This document shows positions 26,507 to 35,483 of a stretch of DNA of 64,000 nucleotides, in pieces (the first letter of the stretch is position 1; every line of letters starts with the position of its first letter). The notes below the pieces were generated by a model, which saw nothing but the letters and a program-made list of their open reading frames with translations, was not told where the DNA came from and did not search any database. The translations under genes and the position numbers were made by a program. Source of the DNA: an uncultured Candidatus Saccharibacteria bacterium (lineage in GTDB: Bacteria; Patescibacteriota; Minisyncoccia; Portnoybacterales; UBA2143); assembly GCA_964594965.1 (NCBI GenBank), contig CAZQMX010000001.1:25667-89666 (forward strand), read 5' to 3'.

Positions 26507-26532
26507 GAATTGAATTTTTAGACACAATTGGC

Positions 26533-27045
26533 ATGATTACCAAAGAAAAGAAAAAAGAAATAGTTAAGGATTTAATCGACAAACTATCCCGCCAGAAATC
26601 GGTTGTCTTTTTTGACTATACCGGCCTGAAGGTTAATCAAAGCCAGGAATTAAGAAGCAAATTAAGAGAAGAAGAAATTGATTGCCAGATTAGTAAAAAA
26701 ACCCTAATTGATTTGGCTTTAGAAAAAGCCGGTTTAAAAGATATTAAGGTCAAGGAATTAGCCGGTCGGATTGGTTTGGTTTTTGGATACAAGGACGAAG
26801 TTTTACCAGCCAAGATTCTATATGATTTTTCAAAGGAAAATAAGGATCTTAAAATTATTTCCGGTTTAATTGACGGCGAATTCTTAGGAAACGAGGCTAT
26901 TCTTGAATTAGCCAAATTACCCTCTAAACAGGAATTACTTTCAAAACTGGTTGGCAGTATTTCATCTCCAATCTTCGGATTACATAATACCTTACAAGGT
27001 AATTTACAAAAGTTGATTTATATATTAAAGTCGTGTAAAGTATAA
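26533..27045 (+). CDS. rplJ: ribosomal protein L10
   Basis: [12 protein letters not shown]...VVFFDYTGL, a typical L10 N-terminus. Confidence 0.8.
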   Translation: MITKEKKKEIVKDLIDKLSRQKSVVFFDYTGLKVNQSQELRSKLREEEIDCQISKKTLIDLALEKAGLKDIKVKELAGRIGLVFGYKDEVLPAKILYDFSKENKDLKIISGLIDGEFLGNEAILELAKLPSKQELLSKLVGSISSPIFGLHNTLQGNLQKLIYILKSCKV

Positions 27046-27064
27046 TTTAAGAAAGGGCAAAACT

Positions 27065-27559
27065 ATGGCAGAAGAAAACAAGAAGGAAGAAACTCCTAAA
27101 GAGGAGGCTCCTAAAAAAGAAGAGGCGCCAACACCTGAGAAAAAAGAAAAGGAAGTTCCCGCCCCGTCGGCGGACAAGGAGGTGCCAAAGAAATTCAAAG
27201 ACTTAGTCAAACAAATTGAAGAACTAAGTGTTTTGGAATTAGCCGAATTGGTTAAAGTTCTAGAGGATAAGTTTGGTGTCAGTGTCCCGCAGTACAGCGG
27301 GATTGCTCCGGCTGCCGGAGGCGCTCCAGCTGAAGGCGGAGAAGAAAAAAGCATCTTTGACATCGAGCTCAAAAGCTCTGGTGACCAGAAAATCAGTGTT
27401 ATTAAGGTGGTTAAAGAAATTACAGACCAAGGATTAAAAGAAGCTAAAGAAATTGTTGATAGCGCTCCGAAAGTTATCAAACAGGGCGTTAAAAAAGAAG
27501 AAGCCGAAGAAATCAAAAAGAAACTAGAAGAAGCCGGCGCAACAGTAGAATTAAAATAA
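27065..27559 (+). CDS. rplL: ribosomal protein L7/L12 with an E/K/P-rich N-terminal extension
   Basis: C-terminal domain KFGVSVP...[56 protein letters not shown]. Confidence 0.8.
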   Translation: MAEENKKEETPKEEAPKKEEAPTPEKKEKEVPAPSADKEVPKKFKDLVKQIEELSVLELAELVKVLEDKFGVSVPQYSGIAPAAGGAPAEGGEEKSIFDIELKSSGDQKISVIKVVKEITDQGLKEAKEIVDSAPKVIKQGVKKEEAEEIKKKLEEAGATVELK

Positions 27560-27567
27560 CTATTTAT

Positions 27568-27660
27568 CCAAATCTTGATTTGGTAGTAAATAGTTATCCT
27601 GAGGAGCAAAGCGACGAAGGATCTATAACTAACAGATTCTTCGCTAACGCTCAGAATGAC
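27568..27660 (+). repeat. CCAAATCTTGATTTGG hairpin plus MITE-like element, copy C
   Basis: GTTATCCTGAGGAGCAAAGCGACGAAGGATCT / AGATTCTTCGCTAACGCTCAGAATGAC. Between the rplL stop and the ATG at 27680. Confidence 0.7.
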
Positions 27661-27679
27661 GGAGGGACTATCATTATCC

Positions 27680-28255
27680 ATGGCTAAAGAAATTTTAGAA
27701 CAACTTTTCGACTCACCAGTTAAAGTTAAATTACTTAAGCTATTCCTAAGGAATACAAGCGATTCTTTTGAATTAAAAGATATTATCAGACGAACCAGAA
27801 GCAATCCTTCTATTTGCCGCAATCAGATAAAGAAGTTAGAAAATATTAAACTGATAAAAGGTAAATTCAAAGGAAGAGCCAAGGCCTATAGTGTTAACTC
27901 TGACTTTGACTTTTACAATGAGCTCAAAACATTGATTTTGAAATCCAGCCCAGCTTCGAAGAATAAGCTGACTGGCCGGATAAAATCAATTGGAAGAATT
28001 AAATTAGGAATTATTTCTGGTATCTTTATTGACAGCGATAATTCAAGGGCAGATCTTTTAATAGTCGGAGACGCAATTAAAAGGAAGAAATTATCAGATT
28101 TTCTAAGAGAATTGGAAGCTGAAGTTGGTAAGGAAATTGATTATGTTGTTTTATCAACAGCTGAGTTTAAATATCGTTATGATATGTTTGATCGGTTTAT
28201 CCGTGATTTTCTGGAAAAACCGCATGAAAAATTAATCAACAGATTAAAGGTTTAG
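27680..28255 (+). CDS. winged-helix DNA-binding domain fused to a minimal nucleotidyltransferase-like domain; function unknown
   Basis: wHTH-like N-terminus. C-terminal GIISGIFIDSDNSRADLLIV resembles the pol-beta NTase GS...DxD motif. Start trimmed to the ATG after the repeat. Confidence 0.35.
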   Translation: MAKEILEQLFDSPVKVKLLKLFLRNTSDSFELKDIIRRTRSNPSICRNQIKKLENIKLIKGKFKGRAKAYSVNSDFDFYNELKTLILKSSPASKNKLTGRIKSIGRIKLGIISGIFIDSDNSRADLLIVGDAIKRKKLSDFLRELEAEVGKEIDYVVLSTAEFKYRYDMFDRFIRDFLEKPHEKLINRLKV

Positions 28256-28262
28256 TTCATCT

Positions 28263-28721
28263 TTGGCAGGCCACGCCTTGTTGTATATGATTATTATTCC
28301 GCACATGCTAGTTGGAACAGCGATTGGCGTCCATTCGAATAATATTGGAATGGCTTTTTTGTTTGGTTTAATTAGTCACTATCTGCTTGATCTTTTACCT
28401 CATTGGGAATATGTGGATGATATCGGAATAAGCAAGAGAAAAGACCTTATAAAAATACTCATCGATTTCATTATTGGCCTGATAATTGTTTCCTTTTTAA
28501 TCTGGGATCAACCAGAAAAGATAATAATAGTTGGGTTTGCTCTTTTGGGTTCGCTTTTACCTGATTTCCTTATCTTCGGATACAAAGCCTTTGGAATAAA
28601 GATTCTAGAGGGTCATTACGATCTTCACCATAAGATCCATTACTTTAAATACCTTTCTTTTTGGCAGGGATTACCAGCAACTTTGATTATCATAATATTA
28701 TCTATTTTCCTAATAATCTGA
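28263..28721 (+). CDS. membrane-bound metal-dependent hydrolase, YdjM/DUF457-like
   Basis: Small polytopic protein with conserved His residues (PHMLVG...HYLLDLLPHWEY...HHKIH). Confidence 0.4.
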   Translation: MAGHALLYMIIIPHMLVGTAIGVHSNNIGMAFLFGLISHYLLDLLPHWEYVDDIGISKRKDLIKILIDFIIGLIIVSFLIWDQPEKIIIVGFALLGSLLPDFLIFGYKAFGIKILEGHYDLHHKIHYFKYLSFWQGLPATLIIIILSIFLII

Positions 28722-28861
28722 CTTGTGGAAAACTAAAAAACACATTACCTAAGAGCGTCTGGGGATAAAATGTGGACAGGAAATAGGGGATTTTAATTAA
28801 TTTGGCTTTAATAAGCCATTTTTTATTTTACCCCATTAGAAATAAGGGTAATTTTAAGTGT

Positions 28862-28890
28862 TTGACATGCCTAATAAAGTAGCATAAAAT
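28862..28890 (+). promoter_or_regulatory. putative sigma-70 promoter of the mraZ/dcw operon (TTGACA, 17-nt spacer, TAAAAT)
   Basis: Consensus -35 with canonical spacing, about 200 nt upstream of mraZ. Confidence 0.5.
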
Positions 28891-28988
28891 GGGTATGAAG
28901 TGAATGATTGTGGATAAAAGTGGGGATAAGTATATAAAATTGTGGATAACTGACTATTTTGTCTTAATCTTTGATTCAGATACAAAAT

Positions 28989-29055
28989 ATCATCCTGAGG
29001 AGCGAAGCGATCGAAGGATCTGTACAAACAGATTCTTCGCTTTGCTCAGAATGAC
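28989..29055 (+). repeat. MITE-like palindromic element, copy D
   Basis: ATCATCCTGAGGAGCGAAGCGATCGAAGGATCT / AGATTCTTCGCTTTGCTCAGAATGAC. 38 nt upstream of mraZ, inside the operon leader. Confidence 0.7.
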
Positions 29056-29092
29056 AATTCTAAAAAACAAAAGTAATAAAATAATAATTGGC

Positions 29093-29524
29093 ATGCTCAT
29101 TGGGGAATACAAACACATACTTGATGCTAAAAAAAGATTGGCTATTCCAGTCAAATTCAGGCGTTTTTTCAGCCAAGGAGCAGTCATTACCCGCGGAATT
29201 GATAATTGTTTGATTCTTTATCCGCTTAAGGAATGGGAAAGTATGGCTGGTAAATTAGGTCAGTTGCCAGCCAGCCAGATTGAAGCAAGGAGTTTTGCTA
29301 GAATTATGCTGGCTGGGGCTATGGCAGTAAAATTTGACCGATTGGGTCGAATTCTTGTTCCGGACTATCTGAAAAAATATGCTTTTTTGAAAAAGGGCGC
29401 TGTCATTATCGGCTTATACAATCGTCTTGAAATCTGGGCAGAAGAGAAATGGGAGACCTATCGAGGAAAGGCTGAAAAGGAGGTCGGCGACTTAGCTGCT
29501 AAACTAGGGGAATTGGGCTTGTAA
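29093..29524 (+). CDS. mraZ: transcriptional regulator MraZ
   Basis: MLIGEYKHILDAKKRLAIPVKFR, a typical MraZ N-terminus. Start trimmed from the track ORF, which translated the repeat. Confidence 0.75.
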   Translation: MLIGEYKHILDAKKRLAIPVKFRRFFSQGAVITRGIDNCLILYPLKEWESMAGKLGQLPASQIEARSFARIMLAGAMAVKFDRLGRILVPDYLKKYAFLKKGAVIIGLYNRLEIWAEEKWETYRGKAEKEVGDLAAKLGELGL

Positions 29525-29525
29525 T

Positions 29526-30443
29526 ATGCACCAGCCTGTCCTTCTAAACGAAGTTCTAAAATATCTTAATCCAGAATCAAACCAGGACTTTATTGACTGC
29601 ACTTTTGGCTGGGGAGGCCATTCTTTAGAAATACTAAAAAGAAACAAACCCAATGGTAAGGTTTTAGGAATAGAACGAGACAAAAAAGTTTTAGAGATTC
29701 TAGAAAAGGAAAGAAATGAAAAAAGATTAATTTTGGTTAATAATAATTTTTCTGACTTAGAGAGAATTGTTCAGGAAAATGAATTTCTGTCGGTTAACGG
29801 AATTCTCTTTGACCTGGGATTATCTTCCTGGCAAATAGAGAAAAGCGGAAAGGGATTTAGTTTTATGAGAGATGAACCACTTTTAATGAATTATGAATCA
29901 GGAATTAGGAATCAAGAATTAACAGCCGCGACAATCATCAACCAGTGGAGTAAAGAAGATTTAGAACAAATACTAAAAGAATACGGAGAAGAAAGATATG
30001 CCAGAAGAATAGCCCGAAAAATACATCAGAGCAGACAAAAACAGAAAATTGAAACAACTGGCCAATTAGTTGAAATTATTAAAAAAGCAGTTCCAATTAA
30101 TTATCAAAGAAGAAGAATCCCCCGAAAAAAAGCAAGCTTTTCACGGGGCAGGCATTTTGCAACTAAGACATTTCAGGCGTTAAGAATTGCGGTTAATGAC
30201 GAATTAAATAATCTGGAAAAAGCTCTTCCCCAAGCATTAAAGATTTTGAATAAGAAAGGTCGAATAGTAATTATCTCTTTCCACTCTTTAGAAGACAGAA
30301 TTGCTAAAAACTTTTTTCGTCAGAAAGCCAGAGAAGGGGAATTAGAAATTTTAATAAAAAAGCCCATTAGGCCAAGTCAGGAAGAAATTAAATTAAATCC
30401 TCGCAGCCGAAGCGCTAAATTAAGAGCGGCTGTGAAAATATAA
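29526..30443 (+). CDS. rsmH: 16S rRNA (cytosine1402-N4)-methyltransferase RsmH (MraW)
   Basis: HQPVLLNEVL...DCTFGWGGHS signature. Confidence 0.85.
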   Translation: MHQPVLLNEVLKYLNPESNQDFIDCTFGWGGHSLEILKRNKPNGKVLGIERDKKVLEILEKERNEKRLILVNNNFSDLERIVQENEFLSVNGILFDLGLSSWQIEKSGKGFSFMRDEPLLMNYESGIRNQELTAATIINQWSKEDLEQILKEYGEERYARRIARKIHQSRQKQKIETTGQLVEIIKKAVPINYQRRRIPRKKASFSRGRHFATKTFQALRIAVNDELNNLEKALPQALKILNKKGRIVIISFHSLEDRIAKNFFRQKAREGELEILIKKPIRPSQEEIKLNPRSRSAKLRAAVKI

Positions 30444-30444
30444 A

Positions 30445-30774
30445 ATGTTCTCGCACTACGCCAAATCAAAAAAATTCAGGAGGGGGCACAATCGCGGCTT
30501 GGCTCTTTTAAGCGTTTTAGTTTTTTTCTCAGTAATTTGTCTGGGATTTTTTTATTTAATCCAGACTAATAGTTTGGTTGGCCAGAGCTATAAGATCAGA
30601 GAACAGAAAAAGTATCTCGGAGAACTTGAAAACCAAAGGCATGATTTAGAAATTGAAATTGCCAGGATGCAATCACCAGCCAGCCTGGAAGAAATGATTC
30701 AATCATTGGATTTAATTGAAATCGGGCAAGTAATTTATCTTGAGAGTGAAAAGGCCATGGCAACGATAAGATGA
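30445..30774 (+). CDS. ftsL: cell division protein FtsL-like (single TM plus coiled coil)
   Basis: Position between rsmH and ftsI. 109 aa with a TM helix then a heptad-rich segment. Confidence 0.4.
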   Translation: MFSHYAKSKKFRRGHNRGLALLSVLVFFSVICLGFFYLIQTNSLVGQSYKIREQKKYLGELENQRHDLEIEIARMQSPASLEEMIQSLDLIEIGQVIYLESEKAMATIR

Positions 30775-32495
30775 AAAAAGATTGGCGGATTCATCTTCTA
30801 GTTATTATCATTTTCCTGATTGGGAGCGGGGTATTAACCCGCTTGTTTTCTCTCCAGATTTTTCGTTATGACTATTACAGCGCCTGGGCCAAAGACCAGC
30901 ATGAACTTTATCAAGAATTGGTTCCTCAACGGGGAGAAATCTTTATGCAGGATTTCTCAGCCAAGAAGAGAAATAATCAGAACCAGTATTATCCTTTGGC
31001 AATTAACAAGGAATTCCAACAAGTCTATGCTATTCCCCAGGATATTGACCAGGACAAAACAGAGGAAATATCCGAGAAACTCTCTTCTCTTATTGATTTA
31101 GATAAGGAAATAATCTTGAGCCGGATTAGCAAGCCAGATGATCCCTATGAACCATTAAAACATAAAATTAGTCAGGAGATTGCCAATCAGGTAGAAGAAC
31201 TTAATATTTCCGGAATAAAATTAGGGCCGGAAATCTGGCGGTATTATCCCAATGACGAATCAACCTGTCATTTAATCGGTTTTGTTGGCATGAGCGAAAA
31301 AGGAGACATTGGCCAATATGGATTAGAAAGATATTATCAGGATGAATTAGGAGGCAAGGCTGGTTTTATTGCCGGGCAAAAAGATACTGCCGGCTATTGG
31401 ATTCCTTCTTTGAGAGAAGATTTAGAACCAGCCGAAGACGGAGCCGATATTATCCTGACCATTGACCAAAATATCCAATTCAGGGCAGAAAGAGAATTAG
31501 AGAGAGTTATAGAAAGATGGCAGGCAGAAGCCGGGACAATTATTGTCCTTGAACCGGAAACCGGGGCAATCAGAGCAATGGCCAATTGGCCAACCTTTAA
31601 CCCAAACCAATACATGAAGGTTGAAGAAATTGATTCTTTTCTTAACCCTTCGGTCCAGAAAGTTTATGAACCAGGTTCTGTTTTTAAGGCCATTACCATG
31701 GCAGCCGGATTGGACAGCGGTAAAATTACTCCGGAAACAACCTATTACGATAAGGGAAGAATAACAATTAAAGGAAGTTTTATCAGTAATGTTGATGGCA
31801 GAACCTATGATTACCAAAATATGACTCAAGTTCTTGAAAAATCAATTAATACCGGGGCAGTTTTTGTCCAACAAGAAATTGGTCAGGAGATTTTCGCTGA
31901 CTATGTCCAGAGATTCGGCTTTGGCCAGACAACCGGAGCCGATTTAATCGGAGAAGTCAACGGCAATATCTCCAATCTTTTTACTGGTCGGGAAATCAAT
32001 TTAGCCACAATTTCATTTGGCCAGGGAATTACCGCTACGCCCTTGGGAATGCTTTCTGCTGTTGGGGCAATTGCTAATCAGGGAAAACTAATGCGTCCTT
32101 TTGTTGTTGAAAAGACAATCTGGCCGGATGGCAAGGAAGAAACCACCCAACCAGAAGTATTAAGGGAAACAATTTCTTCTCAATCAGCCAGGGAATTAAC
32201 CAAAATGCTTGTCAGCGCCGTTGAAAACGGCTATGGTAGACCTGCCCGGATTAGCGGCTATGATATTGCCGGCAAGACCGGTACAGCCCAGATAGCTGAT
32301 TTGGAAAAGGGCGGCTATACCGAAGAAACCATTCATAGCTTTATTGGTTACGCCCCTGCTTTTGACCCTAAGTTTGCTATTTTAATAAAGATTGATAAGC
32401 CCCAGGGTATTCGCTTTGCTTCTGATTCAGTTGGTCCGGTTTTCAGGGAATTAGCTGAGTATATTATTAACTATTTAGAAATACCTCCAGAGTAA
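30771..32495 (+). CDS. ftsI: penicillin-binding protein (FtsI/PBP2-type transpeptidase)
   Basis: SxxK (GSVFK), SxN-like and KTGT motifs, with an N-terminal TM helix. Confidence 0.8.
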   Translation: MKKDWRIHLLVIIIFLIGSGVLTRLFSLQIFRYDYYSAWAKDQHELYQELVPQRGEIFMQDFSAKKRNNQNQYYPLAINKEFQQVYAIPQDIDQDKTEEISEKLSSLIDLDKEIILSRISKPDDPYEPLKHKISQEIANQVEELNISGIKLGPEIWRYYPNDESTCHLIGFVGMSEKGDIGQYGLERYYQDELGGKAGFIAGQKDTAGYWIPSLREDLEPAEDGADIILTIDQNIQFRAERELERVIERWQAEAGTIIVLEPETGAIRAMANWPTFNPNQYMKVEEIDSFLNPSVQKVYEPGSVFKAITMAAGLDSGKITPETTYYDKGRITIKGSFISNVDGRTYDYQNMTQVLEKSINTGAVFVQQEIGQEIFADYVQRFGFGQTTGADLIGEVNGNISNLFTGREINLATISFGQGITATPLGMLSAVGAIANQGKLMRPFVVEKTIWPDGKEETTQPEVLRETISSQSARELTKMLVSAVENGYGRPARISGYDIAGKTGTAQIADLEKGGYTEETIHSFIGYAPAFDPKFAILIKIDKPQGIRFASDSVGPVFRELAEYIINYLEIPPE

Positions 32496-32626
32496 AAAAA
32501 TAACCAATCACCAAGATACAAGATACAAACAAATCTCAAACATCAATAATCAATCACCAAAAATTAATTTATTTGATTATTGATTATTATTTGGTTATTG
32601 TTTCTTGTTTCTTGATTATTTGAAAA
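32496..32626. repeat. AT-rich imperfect palindrome built from 7-nt periodic repeats (CAAGATA... / ...TTTCTTG)
   Basis: The left arm has heptamers ending in CAA. The right arm has heptamers TTGATTA/TTTCTTG, which are their reverse complement. Confidence 0.55.
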
Positions 32627-33895
32627 ATGCGTAGCATTTTACAATATATTCTAAAAATTCTGGCTAAAGTAGTCCTATATCGGTACAAACCGGAAATTGT
32701 TGCTGTAACCGGTAACGTTGGCAAAACCAGCACCAAAGAAGCTATTGCCCAGGTTTTAGAAAAATTCTTTCGGGTCAGACAAAACAAGAGGAATTACAAT
32801 AATGAGATTGGAGTGCCTTTAACAATAATTGGCTTAGAGACCGGCGGGAGTTCATTAATTGCCTGGTTGAAAAATTTTTTACTCGCTCTTAGAACAATTT
32901 TATGGAGAGGTGATTATCCGGAAATTCTGATTCTGGAGATGGGCATTGATAAGCCCGGAGATATGGAATATTTAATGAGTTTTATCCCGGTTGACGTCGC
33001 CGTTATCACCGCTATTGGAGAATTTCCTGTTCATCTTGAATTTTTCCCTGGAAAAGGAAAATTGGTTCAAGAAAAAGCCCTTTTGGCTAAATCACTTGAC
33101 GGAGAAGGCCAGGTGGTTCTAAATTACGATGATTTATCTGTTCGGGCGATTGGCGATGAGTTGCCCGAGGGATTAAAAAAGATTCAATACGGATTTGGTC
33201 AGGCAGCGAATTTAAGAATTATGAATTATGAATTAGGAATTAGGAATTTAGAAAAAAAAGATTTTGGCATAAGTTTCAAATTAGAATATGGAGGAAGTAT
33301 TGTCCCGGCCCAGATAAAGGGGGCAACCGGAAAACAACATGCCTTTGCCCTTGCCGCTGCCGCCGGAGTTGGATTGTATTTCGGCCTTAATCTGGTTGAG
33401 ATTTCAGGAGCTTTCAAAAAACATAGATCCTTACCCGGCCGAACCAACCTCTAAAAAGGAATTAAACAAACCTGGATTATTGATGATAGTTACAATGCTT
33501 CGCCTTTGGCAACTTTAGCTTCTCTGGAAATTCTAAACCAATTTTCAGAAGGAAAAAGAAGGAGAATTGCAGTCCTGGGTGATATGCTTGAATTAGGGAG
33601 CAAAACCGAAGAAGGTCATCGCCAAGTTGGAAAAAAAGTAAAAGAAACTGCTGATTTGCTTTTTACTGTTGGCAGCCGGGCTATCTTTATCGCTGACCAA
33701 GCCAGAAAAGCAGGAATGAAAAAAGAAAATATTTTTGAGTTCCAGACCTCAAAACAAGCCGGACTAGCAGTCCAAAAACAACTAATCAGCCAGGATATTA
33801 TTCTAGTTAAAGGGTCGCGCTCAATCCATACGGAAGAAGTTACCAGAGAAATTATGGCTCATCCGGAAAAAGCCGATGAATTGTTGGTAAAATAA
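32627..33895 (+). pseudogene. murF: UDP-MurNAc-tripeptide--D-Ala-D-Ala ligase MurF interrupted by a single in-frame TAA at 33452-33454
   Basis: Mur ligase P-loop TGNVGKTSTKE in ORF 1. DDSYNASP and the C-terminal domain are in ORF 2, which is in the same frame. The spacing GR-(14 aa)-DDSYNA matches intact MurF if the stop is read as sense. This may be a sequencing error or a genuine nonsense codon. Confidence 0.6.
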
Positions 33896-33967
33896 GATTG
33901 GACAAAACCGATGACTTGTGGTAAGTTAAAGATGTGGCCTTGCCATTCCGGAGCCTTAGCGAAGGAT

Positions 33968-34039
33968 GGCCCTATCGTCTAGTGGTTAGGACGCCGCTTT
34001 CTCAAGGCGGTAACACGGGTTCGACTCCCGTTGGGGCTA
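33968..34039 (+). tRNA. tRNA-Glu (anticodon CTC)
   Basis: Acceptor GGCCCTA/TGGGGCT with G.U wobbles at both ends, D arm GTCT/GGAC, anticodon stem CCGCT/GGCGG with loop TTCTCAA, T loop TTCGACT. Confidence 0.7.
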
Positions 34040-34104
34040 CAAGCCTAGACGGGTTCGCCCCGTCGGATGACGGGACGGTAGTCCATCGAAAGGAGGTGAT
34101 AAAA

Positions 34105-34362
34105 ATGGCGGAAGAAAAACCAATTGGTAAAGTTACTCACTACTTTACAAATATCGGAGTAGCTGTTGTTGAAATTACCAATGGTCAATTAAAAGTAGGC
34201 GACAAGATTCATATCAAGGGAGCAACAAGCGATTTTGAGCAAAAAATTGATTCAATGCAGATAGAACATGAAAGTGTTGAGAAAGCCAAAAAAGGACAAT
34301 CAATCGGCCTTAAGGTTGAACAACAGGTACGAGAAGGCGATGAAGTTTTTGTAGCTGAGTAG
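34105..34362 (+). CDS. small beta-barrel protein, EF-Tu domain-2-like fold; function unknown
   Basis: Strong ribosome-binding site AAGGAGGTG. 85 aa. The track ORF's N-terminus is a translated tRNA-Glu and was trimmed. Confidence 0.35.
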   Translation: MAEEKPIGKVTHYFTNIGVAVVEITNGQLKVGDKIHIKGATSDFEQKIDSMQIEHESVEKAKKGQSIGLKVEQQVREGDEVFVAE

Positions 34363-34365
34363 TTT

Positions 34366-35331
34366 TTGAATAATATGAAAAAGAAAAGGACCAAAACAAA
34401 GGGTCTGGCGCTTTTGTCTGGCGGCTTGGATTCTATTTTGGCAATAAAGATTTTACAAGAGCAGGGAATTGAGGTAACTGGCTTATGTTTTGTCAGTTAT
34501 TTTTTTAATTCAGCCGCAGCTGAAAAAGCAGCTAAGAAACTTAAAATTAAATTAAAGATTATTGATTTTTCAGAAGAGCATCTGGAAGTTGTTAAAAAAC
34601 CTCGCCACGGCCATGGTAAGGCTATCAATCCCTGTATTGACTGCCATCTTTTGATGATTAAAAAAGCCGGTGAAATTATGAAGAAAGAGAAATTTGATTT
34701 TGTTGCTACCGGCGAAGTTTTAGGCGAAAGACCAATGTCCCAGAACAAACAAGCCCTCGAATTGATTGAAAGAGAATCCGGCCTGAAAGGATATTTGCTC
34801 CGACCCTTATCAGCCAAACTTTTTAAACCAACAATTCTGGAAGAAAAAGGATTAATTAAAAGAGAACAACTTTTGGATATTTCCGGAAGAAGCCGGAAAA
34901 GACAAATGGCTTTGGCTGAAGAATATGGAATAAGGGATTATCCAACCCCGGCTGGCGGATGCCTTTTAACCGATCTTCAATTCGGCGACAGATTAAAAGA
35001 AATGCTTTCTCATTGGCCAAAAGCCAAAGGAAGTGATGTTAAGTTATTAAGGTTCGGTCGTCACTTCTGGATCGAAGAAAATTTAATTGTTGTTGGCAGG
35101 AATAAGGGGGATAATAATAGAATAAAGGAATTGGCGCAAAAAGGAGATGTTTTGATTGAGCCGAAAGAATTTCCTGGTCCAACAATTCTAATCAGGGGCA
35201 AACCCGCCCGCCATGCTTCGCAAGGCGAAGCGGGCAGGGAAAAAATTTTGGAAAAAAGCTTAATCCAGGCCAAGGATTTAATGATTAAATATTCGCCAAA
35301 GCTGAGAAAGAAATCTAGCTCCGAAAACTAA
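34366..35331 (+). CDS. ThiI-like PP-loop ATPase (tRNA sulfurtransferase catalytic domain without THUMP)
   Basis: SGGLDSILA PP-loop and GEVLGERPMSQNKQALELIE, ThiI-like. CxxC pairs (CIDCH). Confidence 0.45.
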   Translation: MNNMKKKRTKTKGLALLSGGLDSILAIKILQEQGIEVTGLCFVSYFFNSAAAEKAAKKLKIKLKIIDFSEEHLEVVKKPRHGHGKAINPCIDCHLLMIKKAGEIMKKEKFDFVATGEVLGERPMSQNKQALELIERESGLKGYLLRPLSAKLFKPTILEEKGLIKREQLLDISGRSRKRQMALAEEYGIRDYPTPAGGCLLTDLQFGDRLKEMLSHWPKAKGSDVKLLRFGRHFWIEENLIVVGRNKGDNNRIKELAQKGDVLIEPKEFPGPTILIRGKPARHASQGEAGREKILEKSLIQAKDLMIKYSPKLRKKSSSEN

Positions 35332-35483
35332 ATTTTTGAATCGGTTCAGTCAAGCTCAATAATCATCTTTTTTTAAAAATCTTCCCCTCCATCCCGCCCG
35401 CAATGCAGGCGGGACGGCCACGCCCCCTCCCTGATTTTAAAAAAAGAGATTATCTTCGCTTCTTTATAGATGTCTTTAAAAGT

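Noticed and set aside
25796-26532. RNase P RNA, tmRNA or SRP RNA in the long ORF-free region
   Set aside because: Partial resemblances (GAAAGTC, GTCCGGAAACC, GGGGGTGTTCGAACC) do not extend to the conserved P4, tag-peptide or domain-IV features. I could not support any of these by eye, so I left it as an unassigned structured region.
27025-27822. 265-aa minus-strand ORF antisense to rplL
   Set aside because: Low-complexity S/A/L-rich translation of the antisense strand of the E/K-rich rplL. It overlaps a well-supported ribosomal protein gene.
33934-34104. N-terminal 57 residues of ORF 33934..34362
   Set aside because: They are a translation of tRNA-Glu and its trailer. The real CDS starts at the ATG at 34105, which has a strong AAGGAGGTG ribosome-binding site.
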